From NCBI RefSeq assembly GCF_988243305.1, contig NZ_OZ547136.1: a stretch of DNA of 64,000 nt, one strand, 5' to 3'. The notes beneath the pieces were generated by a model. That model had not been told where the DNA came from and did no database searches. It saw nothing but the letters and a program-made list of their open reading frames with translations. A program made the position numbers and the translations under genes. The first letter of the stretch is position 1. Every line of letters starts with the position of its first letter. This document shows, in pieces, positions 1 through 15,985 of this stretch.

Positions 1-274
1 GCGTGAAATTCAGCACTTCATTGCGGAACTTGCGGACTATCTGGAACTCGAAAACCATATGCCGCGTGCGTTTACTGAAGCGCAAGCCGAAGCCATGGTG
101 ACGATTGTCTTCAGTGCGGGGGCCGAGGCGTTGGACGTCGGCGTCGAACAACGTCGGCAATTAGAAGAGCGACTGGTACTGCAACTGCGAATGATTTCGA
201 AAGGGGCTTATTACTGGTATCGCCGTGAACAAGAGAAAACCGCAATTATTCCGGGAAATGTGAAGGACGAGTAA
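1..274 (+). CDS. fabR: FabR (YijC) TetR-family fatty-acid biosynthesis repressor, 3' end only (start lies upstream of window)
   Basis: Open frame runs from window start to stop at 272-274; C-terminal peptide ...[27 protein letters not shown]; position immediately upstream of yijD/trmA as in K-12. Confidence 0.6.
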
Positions 275-633
275 TGAAACAAGCAAATCAAGATAGAGGT
301 ACGCTGCTGCTGGCGCTGGTGGCTGGCTTATCGATTAATGGTACTTTCGCAGCGCTGTTTAGCTCCATTGTGCCATTTTCTGTATTCCCGATTATTTCCC
401 TGGTGCTGACGGTTTATTGCCTGCATCAACGTTATCTTAATCGCACCATGCCGGTAGGCTTGCCGGGTCTGGCTGCTGCCTGTTTTATTCTCGGCGTACT
501 GCTGTACAGCACGGTAGTTCGTGCGGAGTATCCGGATATCGGCTCTAACTTCTTCCCGGCAGTACTCTCCGTCATTATGGTGTTCTGGATTGGCGCGAAG
601 ATGCGTAACCGTAAGCAGGAAGTTGCTGAGTAA
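274..633 (+). CDS. yijD: Inner-membrane protein YijD (DUF1422), 119 aa
   Basis: ORF track 274..633; hydrophobic multi-TM product; ATGA start/stop overlap with fabR; conserved K-12 position. Confidence 0.75.
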
Positions 634-672
634 TCGGAATCATGCCGGATGCTGATGCATCCGGCATGGGTT

Positions 673-1773
673 TTACTTCGCGGTCAGTAATACGCCGCAC
701 TCCATATGGTGCGTGTAGGGGAACTGATCAAACAGAGCCAGACGTTCAACCTTGTGCGTCTGGCTTAATGTTTCCAGATTCTTGCATAACGTTTCCGGAT
801 TGCAGGAGATATACAGAATACGTGGATACGCCTGCACCATTTTCTCGGTTTCACCGTCCAGACCGCTGCGTGGTGGGTCGACAAAAATGGTTTCGCACTG
901 ATAACTCTTTAAATCGATCCCTTGCAGGCGGTTAAACTCGCGTACGCCATTCATCGCCTGAGTAAATTCTTCTGCCGCCATACGAATAATTTGTACGTTA
1001 TCAATATGGTTAGCGGCAATGTTGTATTGCGCGGCAGCGACCGACGGCTTAGCGATTTCGGTGGCTAATACCCGATCAAAATTGCGCGCCAGTGCTAATG
1101 AAAAGTTACCGTTGCCGCAGTACAGCTCCAGTAAATCGCCTTTTGAGCCTTTGGTTACGTCCAGCGCCCATTCCAGCATCTGAATATTCATCGCCGCGTT
1201 CGGCTGGGTAAAGCTGTTTTCTACCTGACGGTAGATCATCTCTTTCCCTGCGACCGGCAGACGTTCATCGATGTAATCTTGATCCAGCTCGATTTTGGTT
1301 TTCGTTGCCCGACCAATCAGATGCACATTCAGATTCTGCGCTCGCAGTGCATCGCGCAGGGCTTCCGCTTCCTGACGCCACTCATCATCCAGCTTCTTAT
1401 GGTACAGCAGGGAAACCACCGCCTGATTACTCAGCGTGGTGAGGTAATCAATCTGGAACAACTTGTGGCGCAGAACGGGATTATTACGCACACCCGCAAT
1501 CATCGCCGTCATCAACTGGTTGATAAGTTCACTGGCGGCGGGGAAGCTATCCACGCGGATGCGGCTTTTGGTTTGTTGATCGAAAATGATGTGATACAGG
1601 TCATCGCCATCGTGCCAGATGCGGAACTCCGCACGCATCCGGTAATGACTGACCGGCGAGCGAAACACTTCCGGAACCAGGTCAGAAAACGGTGCCATCA
1701 TACTTTGCAAACGTACCACTTTTTCGGCTAACTGCGCTTCATACTGTTCTGTTGGAAGGTGTTCGGGGGTCAT
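673..1773 (-). CDS. trmA: tRNA (uracil54-C5)-methyltransferase TrmA, 366 aa
   Basis: ORF track; product [19 protein letters not shown]... recognised as TrmA; convergent with yijD. Confidence 0.9.
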   Translation of the reverse strand: MTPEHLPTEQYEAQLAEKVVRLQSMMAPFSDLVPEVFRSPVSHYRMRAEFRIWHDGDDLYHIIFDQQTKSRIRVDSFPAASELINQLMTAMIAGVRNNPVLRHKLFQIDYLTTLSNQAVVSLLYHKKLDDEWRQEAEALRDALRAQNLNVHLIGRATKTKIELDQDYIDERLPVAGKEMIYRQVENSFTQPNAAMNIQMLEWALDVTKGSKGDLLELYCGNGNFSLALARNFDRVLATEIAKPSVAAAQYNIAANHIDNVQIIRMAAEEFTQAMNGVREFNRLQGIDLKSYQCETIFVDPPRSGLDGETEKMVQAYPRILYISCNPETLCKNLETLSQTHKVERLALFDQFPYTHHMECGVLLTAK

Positions 1774-1899
1774 GATGTATCCTGAAAAATTAAAGTACGC
1801 GGCGATTGTAGGGATTGCTCATCAGATGTCCAGATCTTGATGAATTCCTATTTGTGAGCTACGTCTGGACAGTAACTTGTTACAACCTGTAGCATCCAC

Positions 1900-2141
1900 T
1901 TGCCGGTCCTGTGAGTTAATAGGGAATCCAGTGCGAATCTGGAGCTGACGCGCAGCGGTAAGGAAAGGTGCGATGATTGCGTTATGCGGACACTGCCATC
2001 TGGTGGGAAGTCATCATCTCTTAGTATCTTAGATACCCCTCCAAGCCCGAAGACCTGCCGGCTAACGTCGCATCTGGTTCTCATCATCGCGTAATATTGA
2101 TGAAACCTGCGGCATCCTTCTTCTATTGTGGATGCTTTACA
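1900..2141 (+). promoter_or_regulatory. Cobalamin (B12) riboswitch / btuB leader
   Basis: ~240-nt structured 5' leader directly upstream of btuB start; sequence matches the btuB leader as I recall it (e.g. GCCGGTCCTGTGAGTTAATAGGGAATCCAGTGCGAATCTGGAGCTGACGCGCAGCGGTAAGGAAAGGTGCGATGATTGCG, B12-box-like GCCACTG region near RBS); boundaries approximate. Confidence 0.7.
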
Positions 2142-3980
2142 ATGATTAAAAAAGCTTCGCTGCTGACGGCGTGTTCTGTCACAGCCTTTTCTGCTTGGGC
2201 ACAGGATACCAGCCCGGATACTCTCGTCGTTACTGCTAACCGTTTTCAACAGCCTATCAATACTGTTCTGGCTCCGACGGATATTGTCACGCGTGAGGAT
2301 ATCGAACGCTGGCAATCCAGAACCGTTCTGGATGTGATGCGCCGCTTACCTGGTGTTGATGTCGCACAGTATGGCGGTATGGGACAGAGTTCTTCTCTTT
2401 TTATCCGGGGAACCGAATCGAAACACGTTCTGGTGTTAGTTGATGGAATTCCAGTAGCACGCCCTGGTATATCGAATAGCTCAGACATTGACCAGATCCC
2501 AGTCTCGCTGGTCCAGCGTATTGAATATATTCGTGGTCCACGCTCGGCTGTTTATGGCTCTGGTGCGATTGGTGGTGTTGTCAACATCATCACTATGACG
2601 AATGAAGAGCGTTCGCAAATTAACTCCAGTATCGGTTCGAAAGGCTACCAACAGTACGATGGCACATACCGCCAGCGTTTTGGAGATACGGTGGTGACTG
2701 CTGCAGGGGCTTATCAGACGACCAAAGGTTTCAATGTTCAGCCACATTCAAGTTATAGCGGAGATGGCGATCGCGATGGTTATCGTAACAAGCTGTTCTG
2801 GGGGGGAATTGAGCACAAATTTAACGATCAATTTGATGGTTACTTCCGTGGCTACGGTTATGCCAGTAATGCCGATTACGACCAAGGGAACTGGGGATAT
2901 GATGGCGGCAATGATGAGCATCAAAATTACACACAGTCGTGGGATACTGGATTGCGTTTTAATTCGGGAGTCTACTCTTCGCAACTGGTGGTAAATTATC
3001 AGCGCATTAAGGACTACAACTACAGCAGTCTGACTGGGCGTTACGCATCAGGTTATACACTTGATGATATGGAGCAACGTTACATCCAGTGGGGTAACAA
3101 TGTCATTGTTGGGCATGGTGCTATCAGCGCAGGAGCAGACTGGAAACAGGAAAAACTGATGTCTTTTGGCGCTAATGGCACGGATAACTACAAGCGTAAT
3201 AACACTGGGCTTTATCTGACCGGGCAGCAGCAAATTGATAACATCACACTAGAAGCCTCTGGTCGTGAGGATCACGATGGCCAGCTAGGTTGGCATGGCA
3301 CTTGGCAAACGGCAGCAGGGTGGCAGTTTGTTGATGGTTACAAAGTAACGCTTTCCTATGGAACTGGTTTCCTTGCTCCTTCGCTTGGTCAACAATTTGG
3401 CGCAGAGCGGTTTGGTATTGCTTCTAACCCTAACTTGAAACCAGAAGAATCTAAGCAATGGGAGGCAGGATTAGAAGGCTTGACAGGTCCTGTTGACTGG
3501 CGATTGTCGACCTATCGCTACAAAATCCAGAACCTGATCGACTACAACAACAATACCTATTTTAACGTTAAATCCGCGACCATTAAGGGCCTGGAATGGA
3601 CGGGTAATTTCACAACTGGTCCTATCGATCATCGTTTAACGTTGCAGTATGTAGACCCCCGTGATGATGAAACTGATCAACAACTCTATCGCCGTGCAAA
3701 ACAGCAGGTAAAATATGAGTTGAGCGGTGAGGTTTACGAGTTGGGGTGGGATGTCACGTATCAGTACATTGGTGAACGATACGATTACGACTATGACAGT
3801 ACCCGTAAGGTGAAAATGGGAGGACTGAGCGTGTGGGATATCGGACTTTCATATCCGGTCACCTCTCATCTGACAGTTCGTGGTAAAATAGCCAACCTGT
3901 TCGACAAAGATTATGAGACAGTCTATGGCTACCAAACTGCAGGACGGGAATACACCTTGTCTGGCAGCTACACCTTCTGA
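2142..3980 (+). CDS. btuB: TonB-dependent vitamin B12 / colicin E / phage BF23 outer-membrane receptor BtuB, 612 aa (divergent allele, see findings)
   Basis: ORF track 2097..3980, start trimmed to [20 protein letters not shown] signal peptide; TonB box [10 protein letters not shown]; C-terminal ...[12 protein letters not shown] with terminal Phe typical of OM beta-barrels. Confidence 0.9.
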   Translation: [612 protein letters not shown]

Positions 3981-4782
3981 ACCACGTCCCACCGTGCTGG
4001 TGTTTGACTCCGGCGTCGGTGGGTTGTCGGTCTATGACGAGATCCGGCATCTCTTACCGGATCTCCATTACATTTATGCTTTCGATAACGTCGCTTTCCC
4101 GTATGGCGAAAAAAGCGAAGCGTTTATTGTTGAGCGAGTGGTGGCAATTGTCACCGCAGTGCAAAAACGTTATCCCCTTGCGCTGGCTGTGGTTGCTTGC
4201 AACACTGCCAGTACCGTTTCACTTCCTGCCTTACGCGAAAAGTTCGACTTCCCGGTTGTTGGTGTCGTGCCGGCGATTAAACCTGCTGCACGTCTGACGG
4301 CAAATGGCATTGTCGGATTACTGGCAACCCGCGGAACAGTTAAACGTTCTTATACTCATGAGCTGATCGCGCGTTTCGCTAATGAATGCCAGATAGAAAT
4401 GCTGGGCTCGGCAGAGATGGTTGAGTTGGCTGAAGCGAAGCTGCATGGCGAAGATGTTTCTCTGGATGCGCTAAAACGTATCTTGCGTCCGTGGTTAAGA
4501 ATGAAAGAGCCGCCAGATACCGTTGTACTGGGGTGTACCCATTTCCCTCTACTACAAGAAGAACTGTTACAGGTGCTGCCAGAGGGAACCCGGCTGGTGG
4601 ATTCTGGCGCAGCGATTGCTCGCCGAACGGCCTGGCTGTTAGAACATGAAGCCCCGGATGCAAAATCTGCCGATGCGAATATTGCCTTTTGTATGGCAAT
4701 GACGCCAGAAGCTGAACAATTATTGCCCGTTTTACAGCGTTACGGCTTCGAAACGCTCGAAAAACTGGCAGTTTTAGGCTGA
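3925..4782 (+). CDS. murI: Glutamate racemase MurI, 285 aa
   Basis: ORF track 3913..4782, start trimmed to MATKLQDGNT...; overlaps btuB 3' end by 56 nt as in K-12. Confidence 0.9.
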   Translation: MATKLQDGNTPCLAATPSEPRPTVLVFDSGVGGLSVYDEIRHLLPDLHYIYAFDNVAFPYGEKSEAFIVERVVAIVTAVQKRYPLALAVVACNTASTVSLPALREKFDFPVVGVVPAIKPAARLTANGIVGLLATRGTVKRSYTHELIARFANECQIEMLGSAEMVELAEAKLHGEDVSLDALKRILRPWLRMKEPPDTVVLGCTHFPLLQEELLQVLPEGTRLVDSGAAIARRTAWLLEHEAPDAKSADANIAFCMAMTPEAEQLLPVLQRYGFETLEKLAVLG

Positions 4783-4827
4783 TTTGGTTGAATGTTGTGC
4801 GGTCAGAAAATTATTTTAAATTTCCTC

Positions 4828-4855
4828 TTGTCAGGCCGGAATAACTCCCTATAAT
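4828..4855 (+). promoter_or_regulatory. rrnB P1 promoter (-35 TTGTCA, 16-bp spacer, -10 TATAAT) with A/T-rich UP element just upstream
   Basis: Seen in sequence: cctcTTGTCAggccggaataactcccTATAATgcgccacca. Confidence 0.8.
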
Positions 4856-4945
4856 GCGCCACCACTGACACGGAACAACGGCAAACACGCCGCCGGGTGA
4901 GCGGGGTTCTCCTGAGAATCTCAACAGAGAAAAGCAAAAAAATGC

Positions 4946-4973
4946 TTGACTCTGTAGCGGGAAAGCGTATTAT
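4946..4973 (+). promoter_or_regulatory. rrnB P2 promoter (-35 TTGACT, 16-bp spacer, -10 TATTAT)
   Basis: Seen in sequence: TTGACTctgtagcgggaaagcgTATTATgc. Confidence 0.7.
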
Positions 4974-5011
4974 GCACACCCCGCGCCGCTGAGAAAAAGC
5001 GAAGCGGCACT

Positions 5012-5023
5012 GCTCTTTAACAA
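5012..5023 (+). promoter_or_regulatory. rrn leader boxA antitermination element
   Basis: GCTCTTTAACAA motif in 16S leader; identical motif at 46397..46408 in second operon. Confidence 0.6.
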
Positions 5024-5153
5024 TTTATCAGACAATCTGTGTGGGCACTCGAAGATACGGATTCTTAACGTCGCAAGACGAAAATGAATACCAAGTCTCA
5101 AGAGTGAACACGTAATTCATTACGAAGTTTAATTCTTTGAGCATCAAACTTTT

Positions 5154-6695
<1,542 letters not shown>

Positions 6696-6780
6696 CCTTA
6701 AAGAAGCGTTCTTTGAAGTGCTCACACAGATTGTCTGATAGAAAGTGAAAAGCAAGGCGTCTTGCGAAGCAGACTGACAC

Positions 6781-6856
6781 GTCCCCTTCGTCTAGAGGCC
6801 CAGGACACCGCCCTTTCACGGCGGTAACAGGGGTTCGAATCCCCTAGGGGACGCCA
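6781..6856 (+). tRNA. gltT: tRNA-Glu (anticodon UUC) in 16S-23S spacer
   Basis: GTCCCCTTCGTCTAGAGGCCCAGGACACCGCCCTTTCACGGCGGTAACAGGGGTTCGAATCCCCTAGGGGACGCCA, 76 nt. Confidence 0.95.
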
Positions 6857-7049
6857 CTTGCTGGTTTGTGAGTGAAAGTCACCTGCCTTGATATCTCAAA
6901 ACTCATCTTCGGGTGATGTTTGAGATATTTGCTCTTTAAAAATCTGGATCAAGCTGAAAATTGAAACACTGAACAACGAAAGTTGTTCGTGAGTCTCTCA
7001 AATTTTCGCAACACGATGATGAGTCGAAAGAAACATCTTCGGGTTGTGA

Positions 7050-9953
<2,904 letters not shown>

Positions 9954-10045
9954 ACAACGCCGAAGCTGTTTTGGCGGATGAGAGAAGATTTTCAGCCTGA
10001 TACAGATTAAATCAGAACGCAGAAGCGGTCTGATGAAACAGAATT

Positions 10046-10165
10046 TGCCTGGCGGCCTTAGCGCGGTGGTCCCACCTGACCCCATGCCGAACTCAGAAGT
10101 GAAACGCCGTAGCGCCGATGGTAGTGTGGGGTCTCCCCATGCGAGAGTAGGGAACTGCCAGGCAT
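10046..10165 (+). rRNA. rrfB: 5S ribosomal RNA (rrnB operon)
   Basis: TGCCTGGCGGCC...GGGAACTGCCAGGCAT, 120 nt. Confidence 0.95.
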
Positions 10166-10179
10166 CAAATTAAGCAGAA

Positions 10180-10207
10180 GGCCCAGTCGGAAGACTGGGC
10201 CTTTTTG
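10180..10207 (+). terminator. rrnB intrinsic terminator (single hairpin + T-tract)
   Basis: GGCCCAGTC-ggaa-GACTGGGCC followed by TTTTTGCG. Confidence 0.7.
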
Positions 10208-10299
10208 CGTTTCTACAAACTTTCCCTGTCGTCATAACTACAAGCCATCCCCCCACAGATACGGTAAACTAGCCTCGTTTTTGCATCAGGAAAGCAGCT

Positions 10300-11328
10300 A
10301 TGAACCACTCCTTAAAACCCTGGAACACATTTGGCATTGATCATAATGCTCAGCACATTGTATGTGCCGAAGACGAACAACAACTACTCAATGCCTGGCA
10401 GCATGCAACCGCAAAAGGACAATCCGTTCTTATTCTGGGTGAAGGAAGTAATATACTTTTTCTGGAAGACTATCGCGGTACGGTGATCATCAACCGGATC
10501 AAAGGTATCGAAATTCATGATGAACCTGATGCGTGGTATTTACATGTAGGAGCCGGAGAAAACTGGCATCGCCTGGTAAAATACACTTTGCAGGAAGGTA
10601 TGCCTGGTCTGGAAAATCTGGCATTAATTCCTGGTTGTGTCGGCTCATCACCTATCCAGAATATTGGTGCTTATGGCGTAGAATTACAGCGAGTTTGCGC
10701 TTATGTTGATTGTGTTGAACTGGCGACAGGCAAGCAAGTGCGCTTAACTGCCAAAGAGTGCCGTTTTGGCTATCGCGACAGTATTTTTAAACATGAATAC
10801 CAGGATCGCTTCGCCATTGTAGCCGTAGGTCTGCGTCTGCCAAAAGAGTGGCAACCTGTACTAACGTATGGTGACTTAACTCGTCTGGATCCTACAACAA
10901 TAACGCCACAGCAAGTATTTGATGCGGTGTGTCATATGCGCACCACCAAACTTCCTGACCCAAAAGTGAATGGCAATGCCGGTAGTTTCTTCAAAAACCC
11001 TGTTGTATCTGCCGAAACGGCTAAAGCATTACTGGCACAATTTCCAACAGCACCAAATTATCCCCAGGCGGATGGTTCAGTAAAACTGGCAGCAGGTTGG
11101 CTTATCGATCAGTGCCAGCTAAAAGGGATGCAAATGGGTGGGGCTGCGGTGCACCGTCAACAGGCGTTAGTTCTCATTAATGAAGACAATGCAAAAAGCG
11201 AAGATGTGGTGCAACTGGCACACCATGTAAGACAAAAAGTGGGTGAAAAATTTAATGTCTGGCTTGAGCCTGAAGTCCGCTTTATTGGTGCATCAGGTGA
11301 AGTGAGCGCAGTGGAGACGATTTCATGA
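10300..11328 (+). CDS. murB: UDP-N-acetylenolpyruvoylglucosamine reductase MurB, 342 aa
   Basis: ORF track; recognised product; ATGA overlap with birA. Confidence 0.9.
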   Translation: MNHSLKPWNTFGIDHNAQHIVCAEDEQQLLNAWQHATAKGQSVLILGEGSNILFLEDYRGTVIINRIKGIEIHDEPDAWYLHVGAGENWHRLVKYTLQEGMPGLENLALIPGCVGSSPIQNIGAYGVELQRVCAYVDCVELATGKQVRLTAKECRFGYRDSIFKHEYQDRFAIVAVGLRLPKEWQPVLTYGDLTRLDPTTITPQQVFDAVCHMRTTKLPDPKVNGNAGSFFKNPVVSAETAKALLAQFPTAPNYPQADGSVKLAAGWLIDQCQLKGMQMGGAAVHRQQALVLINEDNAKSEDVVQLAHHVRQKVGEKFNVWLEPEVRFIGASGEVSAVETIS

Positions 11329-12287
11329 AGGATAACACCGTGCCACTGAAATTGATCGCCCTATTAGCGAACGGTGAATTTCACTCTGGCGAGCAGTTGG
11401 GTGAAACGCTGGGAATGAGCCGGGCGGCTATTAATAAACACATTCAGACACTGCGTGACTGGGGCGTTGATGTCTTTACCGTTCCGGGTAAAGGATACAG
11501 CCTGCCTGAGCCTATCCAGTTACTTAATGCTGAACAGATATTGGGTCAGCTGGATGGCGGTAGTGTAACTGTGCTGCCCGTTATTGACTCCACGAATCAG
11601 TACCTTCTTGATCGTATCGGAGAGCTTAAATCGGGCGATGCCTGTGTTGCAGAATACCAGCAGGCTGGCCGTGGTCGCCGGGGTCGGAAATGGTTTTCGC
11701 CTTTTGGCGCAAACTTATATTTGTCGATGTTCTGGCGTCTGGAACAAGGCCCGGCGGCGGCGATTGGTTTAAGTCTGGTTATCGGTATCGTGATGGCGGA
11801 AGTATTACGCAAGCTGGGTGCAGATAAAGTTCGTGTTAAATGGCCTAATGACCTCTATCTGCAGGATCGCAAGCTGGCAGGCATTCTTGTGGAGCTGACT
11901 GGCAAAACCGGCGATGCGGCGCAAATAGTCATTGGAGCCGGGATCAACATGGCAATGCGTCGTGTTGAAGAGAGTGTCGTTAATCAAGGGTGGATCACGC
12001 TGCAGGAAGCCGGGATCAATCTCGATCGTAATACGTTGGCGGCCATGCTGATACGTGAATTACGCGCGGCGCTGGAACTCTTCGAGCAAGAAGGATTGGC
12101 ACCTTATCTTTCGCGCTGGGAAAAGTTGGATAATTTTATTAATCGCCCAGTGAAACTTATCATTGGTGATAAAGAAATATTTGGCATTTCACGCGGAATA
12201 GACAAACAGGGCGCTTTATTGCTTGAGCAGGATGGAATAATAAAACCCTGGATGGGCGGTGAAATATCCCTGCGTAGTGCGGAATAA
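11325..12287 (+). CDS. birA: Biotin-protein ligase / bio operon repressor BirA, 320 aa
   Basis: ORF track; N-terminal HTH region plus ligase domain with GRGRRGR motif. Confidence 0.9.
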   Translation: MKDNTVPLKLIALLANGEFHSGEQLGETLGMSRAAINKHIQTLRDWGVDVFTVPGKGYSLPEPIQLLNAEQILGQLDGGSVTVLPVIDSTNQYLLDRIGELKSGDACVAEYQQAGRGRRGRKWFSPFGANLYLSMFWRLEQGPAAAIGLSLVIGIVMAEVLRKLGADKVRVKWPNDLYLQDRKLAGILVELTGKTGDAAQIVIGAGINMAMRRVEESVVNQGWITLQEAGINLDRNTLAAMLIRELRAALELFEQEGLAPYLSRWEKLDNFINRPVKLIIGDKEIFGISRGIDKQGALLLEQDGIIKPWMGGEISLRSAE

Positions 12288-12318
12288 TAAGATAGGGGAG
12301 CATTAGCTCCCCTGAAAA

Positions 12319-13269
12319 TTATTTGCGTAGCCTGACCTCTTCTACCGCATGATTAGCACTTTTCGTCAGGATTAAACTGGCGCGCTCGCGAGTAGGTAGA
12401 ATATTTTGCTTTAAGTTCAGCCAGTTGATCTCTTTCCACAACGTCATGGCAGTATTAATCGCTTCTTCTTTAGTTAATTTCGCGTAGTTATGAAAATAGG
12501 AATCCGGGTCTGTAAAAGCCCCTTCGCGGAATTTCAGGAAACGGTTGATATACCACGTCTGAAGTAAGTCTTCCGGTGCATCAACATATATCGAAAAATC
12601 GACAAAATCAGAAACAAATACATGATGTGGATCGTGTGGATAATCCATCCCGCTCTGTAAGACATTTAACCCTTCAAGAATTAAAATATCAGGCTGAACA
12701 ACCGTTTTATCTCCATCCGGGATCACATCATAAATAAGATGCGAGTAAACAGGTGCTGTAACGTTTGGCACGCCGGATTTGAGATCGGAAACAAACTTCA
12801 CCAGGCGATGCATATCATACGATTCCGGAAAGCCTTTCTTCTTCATCAGACCACGTTCTTTCAGTACCTGATTAGGGTGAAGGAAGCCATCAGTCGTGAT
12901 CAGTTCAACACGACGATGTTCCGGCCAACGGCTTAATAGCGCCTGCAATACACGGGCGGTTGTACTTTTCCCCACAGCGACACTACCAGCAATACTGATA
13001 ATGTAAGGAATGCGTTGCCCGTTGGTACCAAGAAACTGTTCCAGAACTGCCTGACGGCGCAGATTCGAGCTTATATAGAAGTTCAGCAAACGTGACAGAG
13101 GTAAATAGATCTCGGCAACTTCTTCTAACGAGAGATCTTCATTAATACCTTTGAGACGGGCGATCTCATCTTCCGATAACGTCATAGGTACGGAATCACG
13201 CAGAGCTGCCCACTGGTTGCGGTCAAACTGTAGGTAAGGCGTCATTAACGTTTGCTCTTTTATACTCAT
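12319..13269 (-). CDS. coaA: Pantothenate kinase CoaA, 316 aa
   Basis: ORF track 12319..13425, start trimmed to internal Met giving [15 protein letters not shown]...; P-loop GSVAVGKST. Confidence 0.85.
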   Translation of the reverse strand: MSIKEQTLMTPYLQFDRNQWAALRDSVPMTLSEDEIARLKGINEDLSLEEVAEIYLPLSRLLNFYISSNLRRQAVLEQFLGTNGQRIPYIISIAGSVAVGKSTTARVLQALLSRWPEHRRVELITTDGFLHPNQVLKERGLMKKKGFPESYDMHRLVKFVSDLKSGVPNVTAPVYSHLIYDVIPDGDKTVVQPDILILEGLNVLQSGMDYPHDPHHVFVSDFVDFSIYVDAPEDLLQTWYINRFLKFREGAFTDPDSYFHNYAKLTKEEAINTAMTLWKEINWLNLKQNILPTRERASLILTKSANHAVEEVRLRK

Positions 13270-13587
13270 AAGCATGTTTCTGGCGGTCATAGCTCTATCG
13301 GCAAAGCGATATTTGCCATGGCGCGTCACAGTTCTGTTGAATGGGTTAATGGGCAGGAGGGTAACACCAGATGGGGAGGAATAATAAGAAAAAATCTCTC
13401 CCAGGAAGCTATCGTTGAAAAGCAATGTGACAGATATTCCATCTGATAAAAAGAATTATGGTTTAGCAGGAGCGCATTGTTGAGCACAATGATGTTGAAA
13501 AAGTGTGCTAATCTGCCCTCCGTTCGGCTGTTTCTTCATCGCGTCGCATAAAATGTGACCAATAAAACAAATTATGCAATTTTTTAG

Positions 13588-13616
13588 TTGCATGAACTCG
13601 CATGTCTCCATAGAAT
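13588..13616 (+). promoter_or_regulatory. thrU-tyrU-glyT-thrT-tufB operon promoter (-35 TTGCAT, 17-bp spacer, -10 TAGAAT)
   Basis: Seen in sequence upstream of first tRNA: agTTGCATgaactcgcatgtctccaTAGAATgcgcg. Confidence 0.6.
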
Positions 13617-13630
13617 GCGCGCTACTTGAT

Positions 13631-13706
<76 letters not shown>

Positions 13707-13714
13707 TCAAGTCC

Positions 13715-13799
<85 letters not shown>

Positions 13800-13915
13800 A
13801 TTTCGGCCACGCGATGGCGTAGCCCGAGACGATAAGTTCGCTTACCGGCTCGAATAAAGAGAGCTTCTCTCGATATTCAGTGCAGAATGAAAATCAGGTA
13901 GCCGAGTTCCAGGAT

Positions 13916-13990
<75 letters not shown>

Positions 13991-13996
13991 AGATGT

Positions 13997-14072
13997 GCTG
14001 ATATAGCTCAGTTGGTAGAGCGCACCCTTGGTAAGGGTGAGGTCGGCAGTTCGAATCTGCCTATCAGCACCA
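13997..14072 (+). tRNA. thrT: tRNA-Thr (anticodon GGU)
   Basis: GCTGATATAGCTCAGTTGGTAGAGCGCACCCTTGGTAAGGGTGAGGTCGGCAGTTCGAATCTGCCTATCAGCACCA. Confidence 0.95.
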
Positions 14073-14150
14073 CTTCTTTTCTCCTCCCTGTTTTTTCCTT
14101 CTGTTTATTGCATTCAACAAGTCGGGCATGTTGCCTGGTTGATGTGGTGA

Positions 14151-15371
<1,221 letters not shown>

Positions 15372-15402
15372 TTGCCGATAACATTTGACGCAATGCGCAC
15401 TA

Positions 15403-15429
15403 AAAGGGCATCATTTGATGCCCTTTTTG
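15403..15429 (+). terminator. tufB intrinsic terminator
   Basis: GGGCATC-attt-GATGCCC followed by TTTTTGC. Confidence 0.65.
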
Positions 15430-15600
15430 CACGCTTTCGTACCAGAACCTGGCTCATCAGTGATTTTCTTTGTCATAATCATTGCTGAGACAGGCTCTGT
15501 TGAGGGCGTATAATCCGAAAAGCTAATACGCGTTTCGATTTGGTTTGCCTCGCGATCGCGGGGTGAAAATGTTTGTAGAATACTTCTGACAGGTTGGTTT

Positions 15601-15984
15601 ATGAGTGCGAATACCGAAGCTCAAGGAAGCGGGCGCGGCCTGGAAGCGATGAAGTGGGTCGTTGTGGTGGCATTGCTCCTGGTAGCGATTGTCGGCAACT
15701 ACCTTTATCGCGACATTATGCTGCCGCTGCGTGCGCTGGCCGTAGTAATTCTGATTGCTGCAGCGGGTGGTGTCGCGCTGTTAACGACAAAAGGTAAAGC
15801 TACCGTTGCTTTTGCCCGTGAAGCGCGTACCGAAGTCCGTAAGGTCATTTGGCCGACTCGCCAGGAAACATTGCACACCACGCTGATTGTGGCTGCGGTT
15901 ACCGCAGTAATGTCACTGATCCTGTGGGGACTGGATGGTATTCTGGTTCGCCTGGTATCCTTTATCACTGGCCTGAGGTTCTGA
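15601..15984 (+). CDS. secE: Preprotein translocase subunit SecE, 127 aa
   Basis: ORF track; three-TM membrane protein; immediately upstream of nusG. Confidence 0.9.
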
Positions 15985-15985
15985 G

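Noticed and set aside
12319-13425. N-terminally extended track ORFs for coaA (368 aa), thiG (342 aa), thiF (282 aa), thiS (75 aa), zraP (188 aa), iclR (287 aa), btuB (627 aa), rpoB (1353 aa), aceB (539 aa) and aceA (439 aa)
   Set aside because: The longest ORF over-extends upstream; internal starts reproduce the known mature N-termini and sensible RBS spacing, and several extensions would overrun neighbouring genes or promoters.
15430-15600. Attempted to place a sigma70 promoter for secE-nusG
   Set aside because: Candidate -35/-10 pairs have poor spacing (for example TTGCTG to TATAAT is ~21 bp); not confident enough to annotate.
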